NCBI GenBank assembly: GCA_963815115.1
Contig: CAWFFN010000005.1
Span: forward strand, 96,001 to 160,000
Source: an uncultured delta proteobacterium
GTDB taxonomy: Bacteria; Desulfobacterota; Binatia; DP-6
DNA length: 64,000 nucleotides
Direction of reading: 5' to 3'
Shown here: piece by piece, positions 54,951-64,000 of the stretch
Position numbering within the stretch: the stretch's first letter is position 1
Layout: each line of letters opens with the position of its first letter
Program-made: the position numbers and the translations under genes
The notes under the pieces: generated by a model
Told to the model about the DNA's origin: nothing
Database searches by the model: none
Seen by the model: the letters and a program-made list of their open reading frames with translations, nothing else

Positions 54951-55760
54951 TCAGGCGGCCTCGACCCGCGACAGGAAGTCGACGGCGAGCCGGCCCACCT
55001 CGGCGCGCTCCGCGTCCTCGGTGAGGACGTGCCAGCTGCGCTCGAGAATCCGCGTCTCGATCCAGCGCGACCCGAGACGACGCTGGAGCAGGGTGACGTT
55101 GGCCGGCGGGGCCGTGTGATCCTGCCGGCCGTGGAGCACGAGCACGGGCTGCGTGACCTGGCCGAGCTCGCGGCGAACCACCTTGCGGAGCTCGAGGAAC
55201 GAGAGCAGGGCGGGCAGGGGCATGACGTCGTAGCTCGAGCTGGCGGCGCGCGCCACGGGATCGCCGATGTCGCGCCCGGCGGCCTTGGGGATCACGGCGT
55301 AACGCCGCCGGATCGGCGGCAGCCAGCGCAGCGAGCCGAGCACGGCCGGGCGACGGTCGGAGAGCAGGAGCGGCGTCGCGCAGCATACGACGGCGGCCAC
55401 CTCCGCCGGCCGGCGGGCGGCGAGGAGGAGAGCCAGGAGCGCGCCGAGCGAGACGCCCGCAACGGCGGTGCGGGGCGCGCCCGCGCGCGCTGCCGCCAGG
55501 CCCTCCTCCGCGCAGCGGAACCAGTCGCGCCAGCCGGTCCGTGCCAGGTCGGCCGGCGTCGTCGCGTGGCCTGGCAGCCGGATGGCACGCGAGGCAAATC
55601 CGGCGTTCGCGAGCGTGACGCCGAGCGGGCGCACCTCCTCGGGAGTCGCCGTGAAGCCGTGCAGCAGCAGGCAATCGAGAGACCGACTGCCTGGCAACGC
55701 GAAGCCGCCGTCGGTGAGCTCGCTCGGAACGCTGGTCCCGGGCGATTCCGACCGATCCAC
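54951..55760 (-). CDS. Alpha/beta-hydrolase (carboxylesterase/monoacylglycerol lipase-like)
   Basis: LLHGFT, LPGH, GVSLG nucleophile, HGRQD, SWH. Confidence 0.88.
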   Translation of the reverse strand: MDRSESPGTSVPSELTDGGFALPGSRSLDCLLLHGFTATPEEVRPLGVTLANAGFASRAIRLPGHATTPADLARTGWRDWFRCAEEGLAAARAGAPRTAVAGVSLGALLALLLAARRPAEVAAVVCCATPLLLSDRRPAVLGSLRWLPPIRRRYAVIPKAAGRDIGDPVARAASSSYDVMPLPALLSFLELRKVVRRELGQVTQPVLVLHGRQDHTAPPANVTLLQRRLGSRWIETRILERSWHVLTEDAERAEVGRLAVDFLSRVEAA

Positions 55761-55766
55761 CGGGCG

Positions 55767-57665
55767 TCAGCCCTCGGCCACGGCCTCGGCCTTCACCTCG
55801 AGCGCCCCTTGCTGCTGCGCGCGCTCCTTCAGATGATTCATGAAGGCCTGCATGGCGTCCTGCTGCTTCTGCTGCATGAGGGACTGGCGAACCGTGTCCT
55901 TGGCCTCGCCCAGCCCGGCGAGGTCGGCAGGAGTGCGCTCCTTCAAGGCGACGACGAGCCCATCTCCGCCCACGGCGTAGACGTGCGGCGCGAGCGGCTG
56001 CTCGGCGGTCAGCGTGAAGGCGTCGGCGCGGAGCTCCGCCGCGCCCGACAGCTTCGGTACGGTGCCCGAGCGCCGCTCGAAGGCGCCGGTCTCCTCGACG
56101 GTGGCGCCCGACTCCGCGGCGGCCTTCTGGAGCCCGATCTCCTTCGCGCGCGCCAGGACCTTCTCGGCCTTCTCCTTGGCCAGGGCTTCCCCGCGCACCC
56201 GCTTGAGGTCGTCGACGGGCTTGGCGCCCAGCTCGGCGACGGGCGGCACCGTCGGCTCGATGCGCTCGATCGGCTCGAGCAGATAAATGACGTCGTCGCC
56301 CTCCACGAGGTCGCTCGGCTGGTTCGGCCCGAGCGCGAAGGCGGCGTCCGTGAAGGCTTTCACCCGCCCGATACCGGGCACGTCGTCGGTGGCCGCGAAC
56401 GGCGGCGTCTCCTTCAACCGGCTGCCGGCGACGTCGGGCAGGCTCTTGCCACGCACGACGTCACGCCGATCCGATTCCGCCTGCTGCCGGGCCAGCTCGA
56501 GCCCCTTCTCCTCGGTGAGGGTCTTCACGATCTCGTCGCGTACCGCATCGAACGGCTTGGGGCCGCCGGGCACCTTCTCCTCGACCTTGATGATGTGGAA
56601 GCCGAAGGGCGTCTCCACGATGTCGCTCACCGTGCCCGGCTCGAGCGCGAACGCCGCCGCCTCGAACGCCGGCACCATCCGCCCCCGCGCGAAGAGCCCG
56701 AGGTCGCCGCCCTTGGTCGCCGAGCCCGGATCCTGGGAGTACTTCTTGGCGAGCCCGGCGAAATCGCTCCCCGCCCTGACCTCCGCGAGGACGTCCTCGG
56801 CCTTCTTGCGGGCTTCGGCGCGCGCCTGCTCGTTCGCGTCGGGCGCCAGCTTGATGAGGACGTGGCGCGCGTGGATCTGCTCCGGGACGGTGAAGCGGTC
56901 GTCGCGATGGGAGTCGTAGTACGCGTGCACGGCGTCCTCCGACGGCGCCGCGAGCGTCGCGAAGTCCTTGGGGCTGTAGGCCACGTAACGCACGCGCACG
57001 CGCGGCGGCGTCCGGTAGCGATCGGGATGGTCGGCGACCCACTTCGCCACCTCCTCGTCGGACACCGTGGCGGTTTTCGCCAGCGCGTCCGCCGGGATGC
57101 GGACGTAGAGGAGGTCGATCTGCTCGCGATCCTGGCCGAAGCGCTCCGCGACTTCCTCGTCGCTCACCTGCACGCCATCGACGACGAGCGCCCGCACCCG
57201 GCGGTTCACCAGGTCCTGGCGGACCTGCGCCTCGAACTCGCCACGATCGCGCTGTACCTGCAGCACGCGCTCGAGCAGCTCGCGATCGAAGGTGCCCTCC
57301 CGCTGCAGCTCCGGCATGGTGGTGATGGCGTTCAGGACGTCCTGATCGCTGACGTCGAGCCCGAGCCGGTCCGCCTCGTGTCGCAGCAAGGCGTCGTCGA
57401 CCAGCTGGTCGAGCGCCTGTCCGCGCAGCATGCGCGCCTGGGGCGGCGTGGCGCCCTTCATGAGCTCCTGGAAGCGGTTCTGGAGGGCCGCGGTCTCGGT
57501 GTCGAGATCGCGGCGCGTGATGCGCTCCCCGTGGACGCGAGCGACGACGTCGAGATGAGCCTGGCGGCTCGCGCCGACGCCCCAGCCGATGAACGACACG
57601 GCCAGCAGCGCGTAGAGCACCTTGATGCCTCTCGACGACGAGTATTTGCGAAGGTTGGCGAGCAC
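55767..57665 (-). CDS. ppiD: PpiD/SurA-like peptidyl-prolyl isomerase chaperone
   Basis: N-terminal TM, SurA_N domain, parvulin domain HARHVLI...SQDPGSATKGGDLG...ETPFGFHIIKV. Confidence 0.88.
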   Translation of the reverse strand: MLANLRKYSSSRGIKVLYALLAVSFIGWGVGASRQAHLDVVARVHGERITRRDLDTETAALQNRFQELMKGATPPQARMLRGQALDQLVDDALLRHEADRLGLDVSDQDVLNAITTMPELQREGTFDRELLERVLQVQRDRGEFEAQVRQDLVNRRVRALVVDGVQVSDEEVAERFGQDREQIDLLYVRIPADALAKTATVSDEEVAKWVADHPDRYRTPPRVRVRYVAYSPKDFATLAAPSEDAVHAYYDSHRDDRFTVPEQIHARHVLIKLAPDANEQARAEARKKAEDVLAEVRAGSDFAGLAKKYSQDPGSATKGGDLGLFARGRMVPAFEAAAFALEPGTVSDIVETPFGFHIIKVEEKVPGGPKPFDAVRDEIVKTLTEEKGLELARQQAESDRRDVVRGKSLPDVAGSRLKETPPFAATDDVPGIGRVKAFTDAAFALGPNQPSDLVEGDDVIYLLEPIERIEPTVPPVAELGAKPVDDLKRVRGEALAKEKAEKVLARAKEIGLQKAAAESGATVEETGAFERRSGTVPKLSGAAELRADAFTLTAEQPLAPHVYAVGGDGLVVALKERTPADLAGLGEAKDTVRQSLMQQKQQDAMQAFMNHLKERAQQQGALEVKAEAVAEG

Positions 57666-57688
57666 GGCGGGGTGACCAAAGAAGCTAG

Positions 57689-58816
<1,128 letters not shown>

Positions 58817-58840
58817 CTCGCCGCGATCCGGCGGGGCGTC

Positions 58841-59719
58841 ATGCTCGAGTTCCTTCGTCGCAACCGGCTGCTGGCGACGGCGGCCGTCTTCCTCGTGCTG
58901 GCCGCGGGCCTGATCCTGCGCACCGGCACGACCCGCGGCCGCGACGACCAGCTGGGCCGCATCTTCCTGGAGCTGATGGCGCCGCTCGACCGCGCGGGAA
59001 CCTTCGCGAGCCGCACCGTCGCCGACGCCTGGCAGGGGGCGGCCGCCCTGATGCGCGCGCGCGACGAGGCCGAGGCGCTGCGCGGGCGCGTCCGTCAGCT
59101 CGAGCAGGACACCGCCCGCCTGGCGGAGACCGAAGCGGAGAACGCCCGCCTGCGCACGCTGCTCGACTTCCGCAAGACCCTGGGCGGCAAGCTGCTCACG
59201 GCGCGGGTCATCGGCCGCGACGCGGCGGGGCTGTCGCGGACGCTGGTCATCGACCAGGGCTCCGCTGCCGGCGTCGCGAAGGGCGCCGCCATCCTCGCAC
59301 CCGAGGGGGTCGTCGGCCAGGTGTTCCTGGTGAGCCCGCACGCCGCCCGCGTGCTCCTCGTGTCGGACCACAACAGCGGCGTCGACGCCGTCGTGCAGCG
59401 CACGCGAGGCCGGGGCATCGTCGAAGGGACCGCCGACGGACGCTGCGGCCTCAAGTTCGTCCGGCGCACCGAGGATCTCCAGGTGGGCGATCTGGTGGTC
59501 AGCTCCGGGCTCGACGGGATCTTCCCGCGTGGCCTGCCCATCGGGCGCATCCAGACGGTGGACAAGCAGGGGCAGGGGCTGTTCCAGTACGCGCAGATCG
59601 AGCCCGCCGTCGACGTCGAGCGGCTCGAGGAGGTGCTCGTCACGCTGGAGGCCCAGGCCCCCCCGCCGCCCGCCGCCGACGAGGGACCGGAGCCGCCGGG
59701 GCCGCCGCCCGGCCGATGA
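58841..59719 (+). CDS. mreC: Rod shape-determining protein MreC
   Basis: TM, coiled coil ENARLRTLL, GDLVVSSGLDGIFPRGLPIG; synteny. Confidence 0.93.
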   Translation: MLEFLRRNRLLATAAVFLVLAAGLILRTGTTRGRDDQLGRIFLELMAPLDRAGTFASRTVADAWQGAAALMRARDEAEALRGRVRQLEQDTARLAETEAENARLRTLLDFRKTLGGKLLTARVIGRDAAGLSRTLVIDQGSAAGVAKGAAILAPEGVVGQVFLVSPHAARVLLVSDHNSGVDAVVQRTRGRGIVEGTADGRCGLKFVRRTEDLQVGDLVVSSGLDGIFPRGLPIGRIQTVDKQGQGLFQYAQIEPAVDVERLEEVLVTLEAQAPPPPAADEGPEPPGPPPGR

Positions 59720-59725
59720 CCGGCC

Positions 59726-60220
59726 GTGCGACGCGCCTTCGCCATCGCGGTCGCCGGCATCCTCGCGATGCTGCTGCAGACGGCCGTCTTTCCCGTGCTC
59801 GTGCCCGCGGGGCTGGCACCGAACCTCGTGCTCGTCCTCGTCGTCTACCTCGGCGTGCACCAGTTCGGTGCCTGGGGCGCGCTGGGGGCGTTCCTCCTGG
59901 GCTACTTCCTCGATACCTTCTCGGGTACGCTGCTCGGCCTGCATGCCTTCGCGTTCACCGCGCTGTATCTCGCCGTCCACCACGTCGCGCGCCTGCTCTG
60001 GACGGAGGGTGGCGTGCCGGCCATGCTGATCGTCTTCGCGGCGGCGTGCGGGCACGGGTTCATCGCGCTCGCCTGGATGTCGCTGGTCACCGCCGCCGGC
60101 GCATCGGTCTGGCAGCACGCCCTGCGTCAGGGGCTGATCGGCGCGGTGGTGGCGGCAGCGGTCACGCCCGCCGTCTTCGCCTTCGTCTCCTGGGAGCAGC
60201 GGCTCCTCGGGCGCGGCTAG
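59726..60220 (+). CDS. mreD: Rod shape-determining protein MreD
   Basis: Hydrophobic, PNLVL...GYFLDTFSG; lies between mreC and mrdA. Confidence 0.88.
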   Translation: MRRAFAIAVAGILAMLLQTAVFPVLVPAGLAPNLVLVLVVYLGVHQFGAWGALGAFLLGYFLDTFSGTLLGLHAFAFTALYLAVHHVARLLWTEGGVPAMLIVFAAACGHGFIALAWMSLVTAAGASVWQHALRQGLIGAVVAAAVTPAVFAFVSWEQRLLGRG

Positions 60221-60229
60221 GGCACGCGC

Positions 60230-62122
60230 ATGGATCTCGACGAGCTGCGCGTCATTCCGCGCGACGTGCCGCCGGAGCTGAGCCGCCGCATCGGGGTCGC
60301 CAGCGCCATCGTCCTGGTCGCCTTCGTCGGCATCCTGGTGCGGCTCGTCTCACTCCAGGTGGTGCAGGGTTCCGAGATGCGTTCGCTCTCGGAGCACAAT
60401 CGCATTCGGCTGGTCCGGGTGCCCGCCGCTCGCGGCGTGGTCTACGACCGCAACGGCGAGCTGCTGATCGACAACCGCGCTTCCTTCGACGTCGTCTTCG
60501 TGCCGGAGGACGCGCGCGGCAAGCCCGGCGTGCTGCGCACGCTGGCCGCCCGGTTGAACGAGCCCGAGAACGCCGTGGTCGAGCGCCTGCGCGCACCCTC
60601 CAAGCGCCCCCCGTACGCGGGCATCGTCGTGGCGCGCGACCTCGACTGGTCGGGTGTCGTGGCGCTCGAGACCCACCAGCTCGACCTGCCGGGCGTGTCG
60701 GTGCGGGTCGGTCCGCGGCGCTTCTACCCGTACGGGCCGCTGGCGGCGCACCTCCTCGGCTACGTCGGCGAGGTCAGCGAGAGCGAGCTGACGCGCAACG
60801 AGAACAGCGAGATCCGGGGCGGCGACCTGGTCGGCAAGGCGAATCTCGAGAAGGCCTGGGATCGGGAGCTGCGCGGCCAGACCGGTGGCCAGCAGGTCGA
60901 GGTCGACGCGCTCGGACGCCGCGTCCGCATCCTCGAGGAGGTGCCCGACGTCGCCGGGGACACCCTGGTGCTCACGCTCGACCGGGACCTCCAGGAGACG
61001 GCGGAGCGCGCGCTCGGAGACCGCAGCGGCGCGGTGGTCGCGCTCGACCCGCGCAACGGCGACGTGCTGGTGCTCGCCTCGCGCCCGGCGTACGACCCCA
61101 ACCTCTTCTCGCGCGGCATCCGGCACGCCGAATGGCGGACGCTGGTGCAGGACCCGCTGAAGCCGCTGAGCAACCGCGCCGTCCAGGGCCAGTACCCGCC
61201 GGGCTCCACGTTCAAGGTGGTGGTGGCCGCGGGCGGGCTCGAGCAGGGCGTCATCACGCCCGGCACGGGGGCCTACTGCCGGGGCGGCCTGCAGTTCGGC
61301 AACCACTTCTTCCGCTGCTGGCGCCACGGCGGTCACGGCCACGTGCGGCTGCACGAGGCGATCGTCCAGTCGTGCGACGTGTTCTTCTACCAGGCCGGGC
61401 AGCGGCTGGGTGTCGACCTCATCGCCGACTACGCGCGCCGGCTCGGCCTCGGCCTCGCGACCGGCATCCGCCTCGAGCACGAGAAGGCGGGAACGATTCC
61501 GGACTCGCAGTGGAAGCAGCGCCGGTTCCATCGCCCCTGGTTCGCGGGCGAGACCCTCTCGGTGGCCATCGGCCAGGGCTACGTCACCGCGACGCCGCTC
61601 CAGATGGCGAACCTCGCGGCGACGATCGCCAACGGGGGAACGAGATACCGTCCGCAATACGTGAAGCGCGTCATCGCCCCCGACGGGACGGTGCGGGAGG
61701 AGCTCCAGCCCGACGTGCTCGGCGACGCGGGGATCGATCACCGCGCCCTGGCCGAGGTTCGCGCCGGCATGCGGGACGTCGTCATGACCGACCGGGGCAC
61801 CGGCAAGGCGGGGCGGGTCCGCGGCATCGAGGTGGCCGGCAAGACGGGCACCGCGCAGGCCGTGGCGCTGCGCGGCTCGAATCGCCGCGCGCGGCGGAGC
61901 CGCGACCATGCCTGGTTCATCGCCTTCGCGCCGGTGGCGGCGCCCGAGATCGCGCTCGCCGTGCTGGTCGAGCACGGTGGCGGCGGAGGCGGCAAGCTCG
62001 CCGCCCCGATCGCGAAGGAGGTCCTGGAACGCTACTTCACCCGTGACGTGGGTCCGCAGCCGAACACCCAGAAGACCCAGGAGGCACATGCGGTTCGACC
62101 GAAGACTGCTCACGCATTTTGA
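60230..62122 (+). CDS. mrdA: Penicillin-binding protein 2
   Basis: ARGVVYDRNG, PGSTFK (SxxK), SCD, KTGTAQ, DHAWF. Confidence 0.94.
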   Translation: MDLDELRVIPRDVPPELSRRIGVASAIVLVAFVGILVRLVSLQVVQGSEMRSLSEHNRIRLVRVPAARGVVYDRNGELLIDNRASFDVVFVPEDARGKPGVLRTLAARLNEPENAVVERLRAPSKRPPYAGIVVARDLDWSGVVALETHQLDLPGVSVRVGPRRFYPYGPLAAHLLGYVGEVSESELTRNENSEIRGGDLVGKANLEKAWDRELRGQTGGQQVEVDALGRRVRILEEVPDVAGDTLVLTLDRDLQETAERALGDRSGAVVALDPRNGDVLVLASRPAYDPNLFSRGIRHAEWRTLVQDPLKPLSNRAVQGQYPPGSTFKVVVAAGGLEQGVITPGTGAYCRGGLQFGNHFFRCWRHGGHGHVRLHEAIVQSCDVFFYQAGQRLGVDLIADYARRLGLGLATGIRLEHEKAGTIPDSQWKQRRFHRPWFAGETLSVAIGQGYVTATPLQMANLAATIANGGTRYRPQYVKRVIAPDGTVREELQPDVLGDAGIDHRALAEVRAGMRDVVMTDRGTGKAGRVRGIEVAGKTGTAQAVALRGSNRRARRSRDHAWFIAFAPVAAPEIALAVLVEHGGGGGGKLAAPIAKEVLERYFTRDVGPQPNTQKTQEAHAVRPKTAHAF

Positions 62123-63188
62123 GTGGCTCCTGCCGCTGCTCGCGATCGCGGTGAGCGGGCTCGGCATCCTGACCGTGTACAGCGCGAGCTACACGCTGGG
62201 CGCGGACACGCCGTCGCCCATGGCGATGCGCCAGCTCGTGTGGTGCATCGCCGGCCTCGGGGCCATGCTCGGGATGCTCAGCTTCGACTACCGCCGGCTC
62301 GAGCGCCACGCCTACCTGATCTACCTCGTCGTGCTCCTTGCCGTGCTCGTCGTCCCGCTCATCGGACAGGTGGGCGGGGGGTCGCGGCGCTGGATCCGTC
62401 TCGGTCCGATGTCGGTGCAGCCGTCCGAGTTCGTGAAGCTCGGGCTCGTCCTGGTCTTCGCGCGCCATTTCTCGCAGACGCCGCCGGCGAAGCTGGGGCT
62501 GCGCGAGGCGCTCGTGCCGCTGGTCCTCACGGCCGTGCCCGTCGTCGCGATCCTGGTGCAGCCCGACCTGGGCTCGGCCGCGCTGCTGGGACTGCTGGCG
62601 CTGACGATGCTCGTGCTCGGCGGGGTGCAGCTGCGCTGGCTCGCGCTCCTCGCCTCGCCCGTCGTGCTGGTGGCGCCGCTGCTGTGGCGCCACCTGAAGG
62701 AGTATCAGCAGAAACGCATCCTCACCTTCCTCGATCCCGGACAGGATCCGCTCGGTGCGGGCTACCACGTGATCCAGTCGAAGATCGCCGTCGGCTCGGG
62801 AATGCTGTGGGGCAAGGGTTTCCTGCAGGGAACCCAGAACCACCTGAGCTTCCTGCCCGAGCAGCACACGGACTTCATCTTCTCGGTGTTCTCGGAGGAG
62901 TGGGGGCTGATCGGCGGGGCGGTGCTGGTGGGGCTCTACCTGGCGCTGCTCTTGCGCGGGACCATCATCGCCGTGCGCGCGCGGAATCGCTTCGGGGCGC
63001 TGCTGGTGCTCGGCGTCCTGTCGATCGTGTTCTGGCAAGTCGTGGTCAATGTCGGCATGACCACGGGCCTGCTCCCCGTGGTGGGCATCCCGCTCCCGTT
63101 CTTCAGCTACGGCGGCTCGTCCCTGCTCTGCCTGCTGATGGGAATCGGGCTCGCGATGAACGTCTCGATGCGCCGCAACCTGTTCTAG
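62088..63188 (+). CDS. rodA: Rod shape-determining protein RodA
   Basis: QPSEFVK, QPDLG, GYHVIQSKIAVGSG, LPEQHTDFIF, SYGGSS. Confidence 0.95.
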   Translation: MRFDRRLLTHFEWLLPLLAIAVSGLGILTVYSASYTLGADTPSPMAMRQLVWCIAGLGAMLGMLSFDYRRLERHAYLIYLVVLLAVLVVPLIGQVGGGSRRWIRLGPMSVQPSEFVKLGLVLVFARHFSQTPPAKLGLREALVPLVLTAVPVVAILVQPDLGSAALLGLLALTMLVLGGVQLRWLALLASPVVLVAPLLWRHLKEYQQKRILTFLDPGQDPLGAGYHVIQSKIAVGSGMLWGKGFLQGTQNHLSFLPEQHTDFIFSVFSEEWGLIGGAVLVGLYLALLLRGTIIAVRARNRFGALLVLGVLSIVFWQVVVNVGMTTGLLPVVGIPLPFFSYGGSSLLCLLMGIGLAMNVSMRRNLF

Positions 63189-63202
63189 TCGAGGAAGAGA
63201 GA

Positions 63203-63232
63203 CCGGGGGCCGGCGATGGCGCCGGCCCCCGG
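63203..63232. terminator. GC-rich hairpin between convergent genes (probable terminator)
   Basis: CCGGGGGCCGGCG-ATGG-CGCCGGCCCCCGG, 13-bp perfect stem; no strong U-tract. Confidence 0.6.
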
Positions 63233-63264
63233 CGTTCACCCGGGCGTTCGCTCGCCCGGTGCAG

Positions 63265-64000
63265 CTACTGACAGCTGTTGGTAGCGACGTTGCAGATGAG
63301 CGAGCAGCAGTCGAAGTCCGTCGTGCAGAGCGCGTTCGTCGGACCGCAGCAGCTGCAGCTCCCCGGCGGCGCCCCGGAGATGCGGCACTGGGAGTTCGTC
63401 CCGTCCGGACGGAGGCACTGGACCGCGTTGCACGCCGCGCCCTGCGCGCACGGGTCGCACGGCGCGGGGCACTGGCTCGGATTGCAGAAGAGCGGCGCCG
63501 GGCACGGCTGACTCGTGGAGCAGGGGATCGTCGTGCAGGCTCCGGCGGGTCCGGCGGTCGGATCGAAGCAGGTCCCGCAGTCGCAGTGTCCGGTGGCGTT
63601 GCAGGTCGAGTTCGGAACGGTGCTGCACCCGGTCGGACACTGGCCGTTCGTGTTGAAACACGCCTGTCCCGGGCACTCGCAGCAGACGGGCGGGGCGACG
63701 CAGCCGCACTTCCCGGTCGAGAGCTTCGCGCACTGCGAGCCGGGAGGCGCGCCGGCGGGGCAGGCGCCCGTGCAGGCGTTCGTCGCCGCGTCGAGGTGGC
63801 AGATGAGCGTCGTCGTGGTCGTCGACGTCGACGTCGTAGTCGTAATCGTCGTGCTCGTCGACGTGGTCGTCGTCGGCTGGCCGACGACCTTCTTGTCGAC
63901 GGGCGCGCAGAACATCTGCGGCGGGCCCACGGGCAGCGGACCCTCGGGCCCGAACTGATCGCGGAGCAGGACCTGGATGTTCTTCGGGAAGGCGGTGAGC
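63265..64000 (-). CDS. C-terminus of a secreted Thr-linker, Cys-rich protein (5' part outside window)
   Basis: Frame is open to the window end (…RDQFG…PQMFCAPVDK), then poly-Thr linker and dense Cys repeats. Confidence 0.75.
   Translation of the reverse strand, partial: LTAFPKNIQVLLRDQFGPEGPLPVGPPQMFCAPVDKKVVGQPTTTTSTSTTITTTTSTSTTTTTLICHLDAATNACTGACPAGAPPGSQCAKLSTGKCGCVAPPVCCECPGQACFNTNGQCPTGCSTVPNSTCNATGHCDCGTCFDPTAGPAGACTTIPCSTSQPCPAPLFCNPSQCPAPCDPCAQGAACNAVQCLRPDGTNSQCRISGAPPGSCSCCGPTNALCTTDFDCCSLICNVATNSCQ

Noticed and set aside
63806-63875. GTC/GTG-rich low-complexity repeat
   Set aside because: It simply encodes the poly-Thr/Ser linker on the minus strand.

Overview
High-GC bacterial window. 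The Cys/Thr-rich secreted proteins and gene style suggest a Binatia/deltaproteobacterial-like lineage (inference only). A tRNA-Ala(CGC) at 39574-39646 (-) splits it in two. Right of the tRNA is intact core genome: copA, a ZIP transporter, larC, dksA, bioFAD, radA, an APC permease, ppiD and mreBCD-mrdA-rodA. Left of the tRNA 3' end is a >39.5 kb accessory island with a probable integrase remnant beside the tRNA, complete IS1380 and IS630 insertions, many frameshifts and stress/metal genes. The main signal is four fluoride (crcB) riboswitch-like RNAs read directly from the sequence. They precede (i) a dynamin-like GTPase-fluC-DUF190/CBS operon, (ii) an MFS transporter, (iii) an antiporter-USP-NYN-ilvD-enolase run, and (iv) a tandem pair of large secreted Cys-rich sulfatase-fold proteins whose formylglycine motif CxPxR has lost its Arg. 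Other notable items: a repeated TATCG-N5-CGATATCG-N5-CGATA operator suggesting a PadR regulon, an IS630 carrying a LexA-like passenger gene inside a GST, an atypical P1B-ATPase motif, and a 137-bp identical tract between two otherwise diverged enolases. All calls were made by eye; no searches were run.
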